The notes: a model not told the origin generated them from the letters alone. DNA of 64,000 bases from Limnochordales bacterium (GCA_036564115.1 DATCLD010000111.1:5733-69732); one strand, 5' to 3'. Counted from the stretch's first letter, positions 38,938 to 49,275 are shown. Translations and numbers: made by a program.

Positions 38938-40509
38938 ATGTCCAGTTCGCACACCGTCGCCCGCAACGCGGGCATCGTCATGCTCCTCATCCTCATCTCG
39001 CGCCTGCTCGGTTTCATCCGCGAGCGGGCCATCGCCGACGTCTTCGGCCTCTCCTGGGAAACCGACGCCTTCCGGGCCGCGTTCAACATCCCGGATCTGA
39101 TGTACTTCCTGCTGGTCGGCGGCGCCATCAGCTCGGCCTTCATCCCGGTGTTCAGCAGCTACCTGGCTCGGGGGCAGGAGAACGAAGCGTGGCGTATGGC
39201 GGCGACGTTTATCACCTTAATCAGCGGGGGACTTGTGGTCTTAACGGTGCTGGGTGTCACCTTCTCCCCGTGGCTCGCGCCTGTGGTGGCGCCCGGTTTC
39301 AGCGGCAACCAGCGGGAGCTCCTGATCGTCCTGATGCGGGTCATGTTCCCGGCGGTGCTCTTCACGGCGCTCGCCGGAGTAGGCATGGGAGTGCACAACG
39401 CCTATCAACGCTTCGCCGTACCCCTGCTCGGGCCGATCTTGTACAACGTCGCCATCACCTTGGGCGCGTATCTCCTTGGACCCGTCATGGGCATCATGGG
39501 CATGGCCGTCGGCACCGTGGCCGGCGCCGTGGGCAACTTCTTGATCCAAGCGCCCTTTGTGGCCCGCGCCGCCCGCCGGTTTCCGTGGCGCTTGCAGTTG
39601 CGGCACCCGGGGCTGCTCAAAGTCGTCCGGCTGATGATCCCCACGATCATCGGCCTGTCCGTCGTGCAGCTCAACACGATCATCCTCACGGCCCTGGCCT
39701 CCACCCTGGCGGAGGGCCACATCACCGCGCTGAACCTCGCCAACCGCCTCATCCAGCTGCCGCTCGGGGTCTTCGGCATGGGGATGTCCATGGTCATCTT
39801 TCCGGTGATGGCGCGCCTGGCGGCCTTGGGAGATTGGCAGGAATTCGGCCGCACCCTGGGCACCGGCCTGCGCACGGTGCTGTTTGTCACCGTGCCGTCG
39901 GCGGCGGGCCTCGTGGCTCTGGGCGAGCCAATCGTGCGCCTCTTGTTTGAGGTAGGGGCGTTTGGGCCTGAGGACACGGCGACGACCGCCTACGCCTTAT
40001 GGTTTTTCGGCGCGGGCGTCTTCGCCCTTTCGTCGGTTCAGGTGCTGACGCGCGCCTTCTATTCCCTGCAGGACACGGTTACGCCGGTGAAAATCGCACT
40101 GCTGACGGTCGCCACCAACACGGGGCTCAGCCTGGCGTTGCTGCGCTGGACGAATCTTTCCCACGGCGGCTTGGCGCTGGCCTTCTCGGCCGCCGCCATC
40201 GTGCAGATGTCGGCCCAGCTCATGCTCTTGCGACCGAAGCTCGGGGGCCGGCTGGATATCCGGGCCGTCGCGGGCACGTTTGCGCGGGCCGTCGTCGGTG
40301 CAGCCCTCATGTTCCCGGCGGCCCAGGCGGCGGCCCGACTGGCGGGGACCTATGTGGACTTGACCCTGACCAGCGGCCGGATCGTGCAGGTGCTGGCCGG
40401 GATAGCGGCAGGCGTCGCCGTCTACGGTCTTGTGGCTGTCGCGCTGCGCATGGAGGAGTTGCAGCTGGTGCTCGCCACGTTTCGCCGCATGGCCCGCCGC
40501 TCGCCCTAG
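38938..40509 (+). CDS. murJ: Lipid II flippase MurJ (MviN family)
   Basis: Listed ORF 38794..40509. The start is ATG 38938, with GGAGGAAAG 4 nt upstream. [37 protein letters not shown]...[28 protein letters not shown] is the canonical MurJ N-terminus. About 14 TM helices. Confidence 0.9.
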   Translation: MSSSHTVARNAGIVMLLILISRLLGFIRERAIADVFGLSWETDAFRAAFNIPDLMYFLLVGGAISSAFIPVFSSYLARGQENEAWRMAATFITLISGGLVVLTVLGVTFSPWLAPVVAPGFSGNQRELLIVLMRVMFPAVLFTALAGVGMGVHNAYQRFAVPLLGPILYNVAITLGAYLLGPVMGIMGMAVGTVAGAVGNFLIQAPFVARAARRFPWRLQLRHPGLLKVVRLMIPTIIGLSVVQLNTIILTALASTLAEGHITALNLANRLIQLPLGVFGMGMSMVIFPVMARLAALGDWQEFGRTLGTGLRTVLFVTVPSAAGLVALGEPIVRLLFEVGAFGPEDTATTAYALWFFGAGVFALSSVQVLTRAFYSLQDTVTPVKIALLTVATNTGLSLALLRWTNLSHGGLALAFSAAAIVQMSAQLMLLRPKLGGRLDIRAVAGTFARAVVGAALMFPAAQAAARLAGTYVDLTLTSGRIVQVLAGIAAGVAVYGLVAVALRMEELQLVLATFRRMARRSP

Positions 40510-42071
40510 CGGACCGCCCCCGCCCCGGGCCCCCGTTCGCCCTCAACGATTCCCAGGAGCATCTCCGCCAGCACGTCGGCCAAGAGTTCCGCGGCCCGCA
40601 CCGCCTCATCCAGGTGGTTGTCGTACGACCCGATCTCCACCAGCACGGCCCGCGGATGCAGGTCCTGGTTGAGGCGCGAGTCCGGCCGCTCGATGACCCG
40701 GCGGAACATGCCCGGCCAGCGGTCTTGGATGCGCTCGGCCAGCGCCTGGGCAAAGGCGAGGTTGGCCCGCCAGCCGGGGTGCATGGCGGTGTTGGCCCCT
40801 ACCACCAAGGCCACCTGGGCCACCCTTTGCCCGCCCACGGTGGCGACCAGCCCCGCCGGCGCGTCCCGGTGGACGTCCAGCACGATTTCCAGGTTTGGAT
40901 TGCGGGCCAGGACCTGCTGCACGGTGGCGCGCGCCTCGATGTAGGCGCGGGGGTGTGACGGCCAGTCGTGGATCTCCACCGCGTGGCAGGTCGGAATCCC
41001 GTAGACCTCCTCCAGGCGCCGGCGCATCGCCCGGCCGACCTCGACGATACCCGTCTCGGTCGTGTTCCAGAGGTGGTAGGCGTCCTCCCGGCCCGGCGCG
41101 AACGACCCCGTCCGGTACGTCTCCGACGTGTGGGTGTGGTAAATCAGGATCCGGCACCCGTCGCCCCACTGGACCGCCCTGAGGCGCTGCTGCCAGCCGG
41201 GTGCGGCAGGCTCGCCCCCCGTGCCGGCATCGGCGGGCGGTCCAGCTGGAACAGGAACGGCTCCGGGCGGTGGAGGCACCGGCGGCGAAGGCGCTGGGGG
41301 CTCCACCGGAGTCGCTGGGAGTGCAGCCGGAGGCGTTGGGGGCTCCGTCGGGGGCGCTGGGGTCGCAGCCGGAGGCCCTGGGGGCTCCGCCGGCGGTCGC
41401 GGCGCGGCCCCGGGGATCCGCGACCCGGCAGGCGGCTCTTGGGCAGCCTGTGACGGGCGCGGGACCCATTCATCCGCGGGGGCGACGGTTACTCGCGGGG
41501 CGCCTGGAGCGGGCGGCGGCAAGAGCCCGCGGCGCCGATCCTGGCTGTAAGCGGCCAGGCCCGGCATCGCCGCTTCGAGCAGCGTCTGCGGGTTGCCGAT
41601 GTCGTAGCGCGTGACGGCGAACACGAGCGCCCGCACGTCGCGGCGCCAATCGGGCGGCGGGGGCGGTTCGGGACCGGTCTCCCACAACGCCATGGGCAGC
41701 CCTTCGCGCAAGGCGACCTCCCCGAGCCGTCCCTGCGCCTCGGCCCATGAGACGATGCCGGGTAACAGCTGCCCGGCGCCCGCAGCGGCATCTTTCCAGG
41801 CACCGGCGATGAAGCCGGCGAGCCGCGCGCGGGCTTGCGGGTAGACTCGATCCAGCGCGACCAGCCCCGCGCCGGCGGCGAGCACGAGCCAGAAGATGAA
41901 CAGCTGGCGCGCGGGCGGGTACAACGTGCGCGGGCCCAGCCGCCCGACTCGAATCCGCAGCACCCGCAGGCGCCACCGCAGCCGCGCCCAGGCGATGCGA
42001 GCCACAGCCATCCTCCCTTTCCACCGCCAATGTATGGGACGAACTGGGGTGGATATGCCTCCCTGCCGCAT
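40506..42071 (-). CDS. spoIIP: Stage II sporulation protein P (SpoIIP), with expanded Pro-rich linker
   Basis: 521-aa ORF. The C-terminal SpoIIP amidase-like domain is ILIYHTHTSETYR...IVLDVHRDAP...VLVEIGSYDNHLDEA. A central stretch of roughly 70-80 aa is Pro-rich (PPAEPPGPPAATPAPPTEPPTPPAALPATPVEPPAPSPPVPPPPG). The start codon is uncertain (42071 or 42011). Its 3' end overlaps the convergent murJ stop by 4 nt. Confidence 0.85.
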   Translation of the reverse strand: MRQGGISTPVRPIHWRWKGRMAVARIAWARLRWRLRVLRIRVGRLGPRTLYPPARQLFIFWLVLAAGAGLVALDRVYPQARARLAGFIAGAWKDAAAGAGQLLPGIVSWAEAQGRLGEVALREGLPMALWETGPEPPPPPDWRRDVRALVFAVTRYDIGNPQTLLEAAMPGLAAYSQDRRRGLLPPPAPGAPRVTVAPADEWVPRPSQAAQEPPAGSRIPGAAPRPPAEPPGPPAATPAPPTEPPTPPAALPATPVEPPAPSPPVPPPPGAVPVPAGPPADAGTGGEPAAPGWQQRLRAVQWGDGCRILIYHTHTSETYRTGSFAPGREDAYHLWNTTETGIVEVGRAMRRRLEEVYGIPTCHAVEIHDWPSHPRAYIEARATVQQVLARNPNLEIVLDVHRDAPAGLVATVGGQRVAQVALVVGANTAMHPGWRANLAFAQALAERIQDRWPGMFRRVIERPDSRLNQDLHPRAVLVEIGSYDNHLDEAVRAAELLADVLAEMLLGIVEGERGPGAGAVR

Positions 42072-42102
42072 ACCCTCGCGCTTCGGCCCGTATTGTTAGC
42101 CA

Positions 42103-43527
42103 GTGGGGGGGCGGAAGACGGTGCCGGGTCGGTTCTGGCAGCGGCTGCTCATGGGGGTTTTGGGCGCGGCGACTGCAACGGCCGCGGGCTTGGCCGCCTG
42201 GCTCCTGTTCTTCGGCCCCCGTTTCGACGCTGCCGGCATCACCATCAACCCGAGGGCACGGATCGACCCGGAGCGCGCGTATGAGCTGGTCGTCTGGGAG
42301 GAATCCATCGTCATCCCGTGGGCGGCCAAGACCCAAGGGGAAGTCCTGGCCGAAGCCATCGCGGCCTTCCAGGAGCGGTGGCCCAACGCCCGGGTCAGCT
42401 ATAGCCTCCTTGACCCCGGCGAGGCCCGCCGGCAGTTGGCCGCGGCCGTTGCGGCCGGGCGACCGCCCGACGTGTATGGGACAACGCGAGGGATTGTCCT
42501 CCACCCTTCCCACCAGATTCCGGCCGGCCCCTACCTCCCGGCTGCCCCGCGCGGCGAGCCGCCCGTCTTTAACCCGGCGGCCGTGGCCGGGCTCGCCCGG
42601 GACGGCACCGTCTGGGGCTGGCCCAGGGCATTGTGGTGGGAAGTGTGGCTGGCCGACGCCGCCTTGCTTGAGCGCGGCGGGGTGTCCATCGACCGCCTGC
42701 TGAGCCAGGGGTGGACGTGGGACGAAGTGCTGGACTTCGCCAAAAAAGCCGCGGCGCTGGTCGAGCACCCGCTGGCCCTCGACACGCTCTCCGTTGCGGC
42801 GCTGGCGCATCTCATGCTGAACGCCGGCGCCCCGGGCGAACCGAGCCCAGAGAACCCTCTCGGCTGGAGCGAAGAGTCATTGGTGCGGGTGGGGCGCTTC
42901 TTGCAGGCTTTGCGCCAGAAGGGAGCCTTCCCTGCCGATCCTGCCGCAGCGACCCACAGCCGTGTCGAGCGGCTCCTCACCGGCCGCACGGCCGTCATTG
43001 GGCCGGTAGGCCCCCACCTGGCCCACGCCGTGCTGCAGCGGAAACCCGGGGGCTACCTGCTGGTGCCGATACCTCACCACGCGTCGTCGGGCGAAGCCGC
43101 GCCCATGGAGCCCGGCGGCTATTTCGTGTTCCGCCAAGACCCTTACCAGGGCGACGACCATACGCGCTTGGCCATGGAGCTTGCGGGGTGGCTGGCGGCC
43201 CGCACGGAAAGCTGGCTGGCCGAAACCTTGGGACTGCTGCCCGCGCGCGCCGACACATGGCACGCCTGGCACGGCGCAGCGCCGCTCGACGAACGCAGCA
43301 AGGCCTTTCTGGCCGACTACCTCCAACAGGCGCCTATCCGGCAAGGCCAACTAGCGGACGAGCTTGACGCCTTGGCGGCGCGGGTTGCACCCCACTGGCA
43401 CGCCTTCTGGGAGCAAAACCCGTCACCGGAGCAGTTTGCCGCGGGGTTGTGGCGAGCACTTCAGCCGGCCCCTCCCGGACCGCCAGGCACCGAACGGCCA
43501 TCGTCCCGCGGCGAGGCTTACCCTTGA
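42103..43527 (+). CDS. Extracellular solute-binding protein (ABC-transporter SBP family 1-like), orphan
   Basis: 474 aa. An N-terminal anchor (RLLMGVLGAATATAAGLAAWLLFF) is followed by an SBP-like region (LVVWEESIVIPWAAKTQGEVLAEAIAAFQERWPNARVSYSLLDPGEARRQLAAAVAAGRPPDVY). No permease or ATPase gene is adjacent. The family call is by eye only. Confidence 0.55.
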   Translation: MGGRKTVPGRFWQRLLMGVLGAATATAAGLAAWLLFFGPRFDAAGITINPRARIDPERAYELVVWEESIVIPWAAKTQGEVLAEAIAAFQERWPNARVSYSLLDPGEARRQLAAAVAAGRPPDVYGTTRGIVLHPSHQIPAGPYLPAAPRGEPPVFNPAAVAGLARDGTVWGWPRALWWEVWLADAALLERGGVSIDRLLSQGWTWDEVLDFAKKAAALVEHPLALDTLSVAALAHLMLNAGAPGEPSPENPLGWSEESLVRVGRFLQALRQKGAFPADPAAATHSRVERLLTGRTAVIGPVGPHLAHAVLQRKPGGYLLVPIPHHASSGEAAPMEPGGYFVFRQDPYQGDDHTRLAMELAGWLAARTESWLAETLGLLPARADTWHAWHGAAPLDERSKAFLADYLQQAPIRQGQLADELDALAARVAPHWHAFWEQNPSPEQFAAGLWRALQPAPPGPPGTERPSSRGEAYP

Positions 43528-44789
43528 CCTGCACCGGTGGCAGCCAGGATCAGCCGGTTGAGATCCAGGTCCGGGTGCAGTCCCTGGTTGAGCCCTTCCG
43601 CCAGCATCTCCGCCACGTCCTCCACGAGGACGTCAATCTCCTTGGGCGTCATGATGAGATCGCCCATGTAAGGCCCGAGCACTTCCTCGAGTACCGCCCG
43701 CTGCGCGGACGAAGCCGGACGGGCCGTGGCCGGCGCCGGCCCCATGGATGCCGGCTGCTGCCGTGTGGGCGACGCCTGGGGCGTCACAACGCCGGGGGAC
43801 GGTGCCGCCTGCCCGGCCGGGCCGGCCCCCGACTGCAGCAGCCAGCGGGGGTCCGGCAACGGCATCCCACCGCCAGTGCCTGCGGGCGCGGGGCCGGTCC
43901 CGCCGCCAGCGGCGGGTACTGTCGCGGTGCCGGCCGCGGGTCCGGTGCCGGCGGCTGACGGACCCATAAACAGATTTTGGACCACGCCGCGCTCGTAAGC
44001 CGCCATCCGGTCCAAGCCGTCGGCCACCACCGTCAAGGCGTGGACGACGGTCGGCACGCCAATGGCCAGCACGGGCACGCCCAGGGTTTGGCGGGTGATG
44101 CCGAACCGCTTGTTGCCCACCCCAGAACCGGGCTGGATCCCCGCGTCCGCGATTTGGACGGTCGTTCCCAAGCGCTCCACGCTGCGGGCAGCCAAGGCGT
44201 CGATGCAGATGACAAGCGCCGGCTGGATCTGGCGCACAATCCCTTGCACAATCTCGGCGGTTTCCAAACCCGTGATGCCGAGGACGCCCGGGGAAATCCC
44301 GGCGACGGGGCGCGCGCCAGTGCGGGCTGCGGGCGGGGCCATGTAGAAAAAGTGGCGCGTGACGATCAAGTGGTGGACGGTGCGGGGGCCCACCGCGTCG
44401 GGCGTCGCGTTCCAATTGCCGAGTCCCACCACCAGCACTTCGCCGTCCGCCGGGACTTGCCAGCGCTGGAGGAACGCCGCGATTTCCTTTCCGATAATTT
44501 CTGCCACCTGCTCTAAGGCGTCCTGGTCCCGGCGGCGCAGGCCTGGCGCTTCGATGGTGGTGTAGTTGCCGGGGAGCTTGCCCATGGCCCGGGCGCCTTC
44601 CTCGGTCGTGATCGCCACGCGGGAGATGACGCCGACCGGGGTGTGCTCGGTTTCCACGGCCACGCCGGGGATCTCTGGGGGCCCTTCGTGCTGGATGATC
44701 ACCTCGCGGGCTTCAAGGGCAAGGTCGGTTCGCGTTCGGTAGCGGCGCAGCCATTCGGTGTGAATGGCGCCGGGATCCATGGGCCCCAC
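43518..44789 (-). CDS. gpr: Germination protease GPR (spore endopeptidase)
   Basis: 423 aa. ATG 44789 has AGGAGGTG 6 nt upstream. RTDLALEAREV, VVGLGNWNATPDAVGPR, ISPGVLGITGLETAEIV, CIDALAARSVERLGTTVQIADAGIQPGSGVGNKR and GVPVLAIGVPTVV are canonical GPR features. A Pro/Ala/Gly-rich insertion precedes the C-terminal LIMTPKEIDVLVEDVA. Confidence 0.92.
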   Translation of the reverse strand: MGPMDPGAIHTEWLRRYRTRTDLALEAREVIIQHEGPPEIPGVAVETEHTPVGVISRVAITTEEGARAMGKLPGNYTTIEAPGLRRRDQDALEQVAEIIGKEIAAFLQRWQVPADGEVLVVGLGNWNATPDAVGPRTVHHLIVTRHFFYMAPPAARTGARPVAGISPGVLGITGLETAEIVQGIVRQIQPALVICIDALAARSVERLGTTVQIADAGIQPGSGVGNKRFGITRQTLGVPVLAIGVPTVVHALTVVADGLDRMAAYERGVVQNLFMGPSAAGTGPAAGTATVPAAGGGTGPAPAGTGGGMPLPDPRWLLQSGAGPAGQAAPSPGVVTPQASPTRQQPASMGPAPATARPASSAQRAVLEEVLGPYMGDLIMTPKEIDVLVEDVAEMLAEGLNQGLHPDLDLNRLILAATGAGQG

Positions 44790-44895
44790 CTCCTGCCGTC
44801 ACAGTCTCTCTCCGCGCGCAGATCCCTATACCCTGCGCCGGGAATGTGTGGTACAATGTTTGCGTTCAACTTCAGGGCAGAAGGGAGGTCCGGAC

Positions 44896-45168
44896 GTGCC
44901 CAACACGCGTTCTGCTGAGAAGCGGGTGCGGGTGATCGCCAAGCGCACGTTGCGCAACCGCATGATCCGTTCGCGGATGAAGACGGCCATTCGGCGCTAC
45001 AACGCGGCTGTGGCCCAGGGCGATGTCAACTTGGCCACGGAGCTGTTGAAGAAGGCGGTCAGCCAGATCGACCGCGCGGCCGCGAAGGGTGTGATTCATC
45101 CCAACCAGGCCTCCCGCCGCAAGGCGCGGCTTGCCGCCCGGCTCAACGGGCTCAACAAGGCCAGCTGA
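44896..45168 (+). CDS. rpsT: 30S ribosomal protein S20
   Basis: Distal part of listed ORF 44764..45168. The start is GTG 44896, with AAGGGAGG 7 nt upstream. The protein is VPNTRSAEKRVRVIAKRTLRNRMIRSRMKTAIRRYNAAVAQGD...IHPNQASRRKARLAARLN. An extended -10 (TGgTACAAT, about 44859..44867) lies upstream. Confidence 0.93.
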   Translation: MPNTRSAEKRVRVIAKRTLRNRMIRSRMKTAIRRYNAAVAQGDVNLATELLKKAVSQIDRAAAKGVIHPNQASRRKARLAARLNGLNKAS

Positions 45169-45193
45169 TTGCCCGGCCGTTTGCGCCGGTCGA

Positions 45194-46234
45194 TTATCCG
45201 ACCATAGCTTTCCCGACATTCAGATGGGCCAGCGCGACCACCAGCGTTTCCAGCACGAGGCGGGGGTCCCGGCCCGTTTTTATTTGCATATCCGCCTCCG
45301 CGACCCGGTGCAGTGCGGACGCGGCTCGCTCGGGGCCGACCCGTGCGGCCTGCCGGGCCGCCTTCTCCACAACGTATGGATTGAGGCTGAGGCGAGCCGC
45401 GAGCTCCTTGGCGCCGGCACCGGCGCCGTGCGCCAGCAGGATGAGCCGGAACTGGCGCGCGATCATGCTCAAGATGACCAGGGGAGGCTGTCCCACGGCC
45501 AACAGCTCATTGAGAATCGCCAGCGCGTCCTTGGGCTTGCCCTGGGCCACCGCGTCCGCGAAACGGAAGATCGCGTACTCTGCCGCATGCGGAATGGCCA
45601 CGCTGGCCACCTCGTGCACCATCGCCGCGTCCACGGGCTGGCCCGCCGCGTAAACGGCCAGCTTCTCAAGCTCGGTGTACAAAGTCTGCAGGTCCGCCCC
45701 GGCCAACTCCAGCAAGACCTGCACCGCCTCCGGCTGGATGGCGAAGCCCAGCTCCCGCGCCCTCTGCATGACCCACTGGGGCAACGCTCCCTGCTGGGGC
45801 GGATCACATGCCACCACCCGCGCCGCCCGGACCAGCGCCTGCATCGCCTTGCGCTTGCGGTCGATGGCGGAGCAAATCAGCACCGCGGTGACGCCGGCCG
45901 GGAGGCTCGCGAGCAACGGAACGAGCTGGTCCTGCCCGGCGGCCGGCAGCCGGTCAAATCCGCGGACGACGACCAGGCGCTGATCGCCAAAGAGCGACCC
46001 GGTCCCGATGGCGGTCATGATCAGCTCAGGCGTAGCCTCGTCCCCGTAGAGTACGGTGCGATCGAGCCCTCCCGGCGCCAGGGCCGCAGCTGCTGCCACG
46101 ATCATGCGGCACGCCTGCTCGCGTGTGAATACATCCTCCCCCACGAGCAGGTACAAGCCCGCCACAGGCCCCGTCTTCAGGGTTTTCCCGAGTTGCGCCA
46201 GCGCGTCGATGACGGTCCACCCTTTCAACGGCAC
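45194..46234 (-). CDS. holA: DNA polymerase III delta subunit
   Basis: 346 aa. LYLLVGEDVFTREQ..., the delta-subunit N-terminal fold and the LAR. ...NPYVVEKAARQA pattern are present. Position between comEC and rpsT matches Bacillus. Confidence 0.85.
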   Translation of the reverse strand: MPLKGWTVIDALAQLGKTLKTGPVAGLYLLVGEDVFTREQACRMIVAAAAALAPGGLDRTVLYGDEATPELIMTAIGTGSLFGDQRLVVVRGFDRLPAAGQDQLVPLLASLPAGVTAVLICSAIDRKRKAMQALVRAARVVACDPPQQGALPQWVMQRARELGFAIQPEAVQVLLELAGADLQTLYTELEKLAVYAAGQPVDAAMVHEVASVAIPHAAEYAIFRFADAVAQGKPKDALAILNELLAVGQPPLVILSMIARQFRLILLAHGAGAGAKELAARLSLNPYVVEKAARQAARVGPERAASALHRVAEADMQIKTGRDPRLVLETLVVALAHLNVGKAMVG

Positions 46235-46282
46235 GGTTTGCCCTGCCGCATTTCCGCGCCGGTCCCGCCGGTTCCTGCCCCT

Positions 46283-48664
46283 TCAGCAGGCGTACGCCTC
46301 CTCCGGCTGCAACACCCGGGTCGGGCACAGCCGCCACGCGGTCCCGTCGCTTTCCCAGCGCAACGCGCCGTGCACGTCGGTCCGGTAGATCGAGATGCCC
46401 AACTGCTCTAGGACCGCCAGGACATCCGGGTGCGGCTGGCCGTAAGTGTTGGCCCCGACGGAAATGACGGCCGCCGCGGCGCCGGTGGCGGCGTAGAATT
46501 CGGAAACGAGCGACAGGCGGCTGCCGTGGTGGGGAACTTTCACCACGTCGGCCCGCAGATCCGCGCCGATTTTGAGCAGGTGCTCTTGCCCCGCGACATC
46601 CAGGTCGCCGGTGAGCAGCACAGCAGTCCGCCCGTAGCGCAGCCGCAGGACGATGGAGTTGTCGTTGAGGCCGTCGCCGGCCCCCGCAAGGGGCACGGAC
46701 GGCGGGTGGAGCACTTCCAGCACCGTTTGGCCGTCGAGCACGATCGATTGTCCCGCCTGCACGATCCGGCGCGCAAGCCCCCGTTCCCGGATGATCGCCA
46801 GGTACTCGTCCCAGAGGGGAGTGGACCCACCGTGCCCGTTATCCACCACCAGCCCCACCGGGACACCGGACAAGACCGGCAGCAGCCCGGCCAGGTGGTC
46901 GTCGTGGGGGTGGGTCACCACCACCACATCCACCCGCCGCACGCCCTCCCGCCGCAGGAACGGCAAGACGACGTCCTTTCCTGCGTTGAAAACCTCGTTC
47001 CCCTCCAGCACCCGGCGGCCGCCGCCGTCCACGAGCGCTGTCACACCCGCCGGGGTGCGGATCAGGATGGCGTCCCCTTGGCCCACATCCAGCACCAGCA
47101 TCTCCAGGGGCCGCGGCACCAGCGCCGCCGCAGACCACGTGGCAGCGACAATCAGGGTGCACGCCCACAGGAGCCCCCGCCGCCACCGCGGGGCCAACTC
47201 GGACCAGCGGAGTGCGACAGCGGCCAAGACCCACCAGACCGCGATCGCCCAGCTGGCCGGCTTGGGCACGGAGACAACCGCCCACGGGAGCCGGGCAAAG
47301 CCGGCCGTCGCGGCCAGCAAGGCTTCGAGCCCCCAATTCACCACAGCGGCCAACAACTGCGTTCCGCCGGGCCAGACGTGAAACAGGAGGCCGGCTGCGA
47401 GGCCTAACGGCACCAGGGCCCCCGTCAGCGGGGCCCCGATGAGGCTGGCGGCGAAGCCGACCAATGAGACCTCCTGGAAATAGTACGCCAAGAGGGGCGT
47501 AACGCCCAATTGGGCACCGGCCGTAACCGCGACGGCGCCGGCCAACGCCCGGGGCAGCCTGGCCATCGCCCGGCACAGCGGCCCGTAGGCCAGCAGAATC
47601 CCGGCTGTGGCGGCGAAGGTCAACTGGAACGAGACATCAAACAGCACGAGCGGGTTTTGCAGCATCAGCACCAGCGCCGCCAAGGCGAGCGCCGAGGCCA
47701 GATCCCTCTCCCGCCCCACTGCCGAGGCGAGCAGGCCAAGGGTTGTGCCGACGCCCGCACGCACGGCCGGCGGCCGCGCCCCGGTGGCCAGCACGTAGAG
47801 CCACACGAGCGCCGCCCCGGCCAGCGCGCTCGCCGCCCGGGGGACCCGCAGGGCGCGCAAGAGCCGCCAGCCGGTCGTAGCCACAAAGCCCACGTGCAGG
47901 CCCGACACGGCCAAGAGGTGCGTCACCCCGGCCCGGCGGAACGCGTCCTCAAGCTCGGGCGACAAGTCCTGGCGCTCGCCGAAGACCAGCCCGGTCATCA
48001 CCCCGGCCCGCTCCGGCGTCAAAGTGGCTCGTAGGCCTTCGGCCACCCGCGCCCGGACCCCGGCGGCGAGCCTCAAGAACGGGTTGAGCTGTCTGCGGGC
48101 GATGACCGACACGTGGCGCGGATAGGAGACGGTGGCGATGGCCGTGATCCCCTGCCGGCGCAGGTGGTCCCGGTAGTCGAACGCGCCGGGATTGCCTGCC
48201 GACGCGGGACGGCGCAGGACGGCCCGCATCTGCACGCGGTCGCCGTAGTCCACCTCCACCGTCGCTGGCATCGTCACCCGCACCCGGCCCGCGGCGACCA
48301 CGGTCTCTGCCCCGCGCTCGACACGGTCGACCCGCACCACGAGGTGCAGGCGTGCCCCGTCAGCTTCGGGGTAAGTTACCACTTGGCCCCTCAAAACTAC
48401 GGGGCTGCCGTCGATAAACGGCGAGAGGCCTGCCTCCAGCCTCGCCTCGTGCTGGGCGAGCCAACCGGCGCTGGTGACGACCACGAGCGCGAGGGCGAGC
48501 GGTGCCATGCGGCGCCCGCGCGCCGTCCCGAGGGCCACGAGCAGTCCCAGGGCGGCGGCCAGCCCTGTCCAAACAGCGGGCGCGAAGCCCAGCCGCCCCT
48601 GCAGGGCGATGCCGGCCGCCACCAGCACGCTCCAGGTCACAAGGGGCCGCACGGCGCTACTCAA
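46283..48664 (-). CDS. comEC: DNA internalization competence protein ComEC/Rec2 (with C-terminal metallo-beta-lactamase domain)
   Basis: 793 aa. It has an N-terminal OB/DUF4131 region, a multi-TM competence domain (VTHLLAVSGLHVGF) and an MBL domain (LDVGQGDAILI...VVVTHPHDDHLAGL...VPHHGS). Confidence 0.92.
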   Translation of the reverse strand: MSSAVRPLVTWSVLVAAGIALQGRLGFAPAVWTGLAAALGLLVALGTARGRRMAPLALALVVVTSAGWLAQHEARLEAGLSPFIDGSPVVLRGQVVTYPEADGARLHLVVRVDRVERGAETVVAAGRVRVTMPATVEVDYGDRVQMRAVLRRPASAGNPGAFDYRDHLRRQGITAIATVSYPRHVSVIARRQLNPFLRLAAGVRARVAEGLRATLTPERAGVMTGLVFGERQDLSPELEDAFRRAGVTHLLAVSGLHVGFVATTGWRLLRALRVPRAASALAGAALVWLYVLATGARPPAVRAGVGTTLGLLASAVGRERDLASALALAALVLMLQNPLVLFDVSFQLTFAATAGILLAYGPLCRAMARLPRALAGAVAVTAGAQLGVTPLLAYYFQEVSLVGFAASLIGAPLTGALVPLGLAAGLLFHVWPGGTQLLAAVVNWGLEALLAATAGFARLPWAVVSVPKPASWAIAVWWVLAAVALRWSELAPRWRRGLLWACTLIVAATWSAAALVPRPLEMLVLDVGQGDAILIRTPAGVTALVDGGGRRVLEGNEVFNAGKDVVLPFLRREGVRRVDVVVVTHPHDDHLAGLLPVLSGVPVGLVVDNGHGGSTPLWDEYLAIIRERGLARRIVQAGQSIVLDGQTVLEVLHPPSVPLAGAGDGLNDNSIVLRLRYGRTAVLLTGDLDVAGQEHLLKIGADLRADVVKVPHHGSRLSLVSEFYAATGAAAAVISVGANTYGQPHPDVLAVLEQLGISIYRTDVHGALRWESDGTAWRLCPTRVLQPEEAYAC

Positions 48665-49148
48665 CGCTGATCAGGTCCTGGATCGCCCGGAACTTCGCGG
48701 GACCGATCCCGGGTACCTCGAGGATGTCCGTGATATCGCTGAACGGCCCCCATGCCTCGCGATACTCGACGATCCGGCGCGCCAAGGCGGGACCGATGCC
48801 CGGCAGGCGTTCAAGCTCCGACGCCTGGGCGAGATTGATGTTGAGACGGTGGCCCGTGCCGGCGGCCGGCCCGTCACCAGCAGGCGCTGCATCGGCACAA
48901 CCGTTTCCCACGGCGTCCGCTTTGCCGGTGGCGGAACTTGCCCCGTTATGCCCGCCGCCGGGGGGTTGTGTGCCTGCCGTGTGGGCCCCCGTTTCTTGGA
49001 CCGACGGCGCTGCCGCTTCGATGGTCTCGGTGATCGCCGGTCCGCCACCTCGCTGACGGCCCAGAACCACGTTGGCGACAGCCCCGGTCACCAGCAAGAC
49101 ACTGACCACGACCGCGAGCCAGCTTTCCAACCGCGACCACCCGAGCAT
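48657..49148 (-). CDS. comEA: Competence protein ComEA (helix-hairpin-helix DNA receptor)
   Basis: Listed ORF 48657..49196. ATG 49148 has GGGAGGGG 5 nt upstream. A TM anchor (WLAVVVSVLLVTGAV) precedes the C-terminal HhH pair (INLAQASELERLPGIGPALARRIVEYREAWGPFSDITDILEVPGIGPAKFRAI). No comEB lies between comEA and comEC. Confidence 0.9.
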   Translation of the reverse strand: MLGWSRLESWLAVVVSVLLVTGAVANVVLGRQRGGGPAITETIEAAAPSVQETGAHTAGTQPPGGGHNGASSATGKADAVGNGCADAAPAGDGPAAGTGHRLNINLAQASELERLPGIGPALARRIVEYREAWGPFSDITDILEVPGIGPAKFRAIQDLISVE

Positions 49149-49275
49149 ACATACCCCTCCCATCCCCTGTGGGCGCGGCCGGCGGTTGGTGGGCACGCGG
49201 TTTCGTGCTGCGCGGCGGTCTTCCTTCGGCTACATTGCAGTATTCAGGGCAGTATTCAGGCCTCCCAAGCAGCGC

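Noticed and set aside
41470-42810. 446-aa minus-strand ORF spanning the spoIIP start and the SBP gene
   Set aside because: It is Arg/Gly/Pro-rich with no motifs. It overlaps two better-supported genes.
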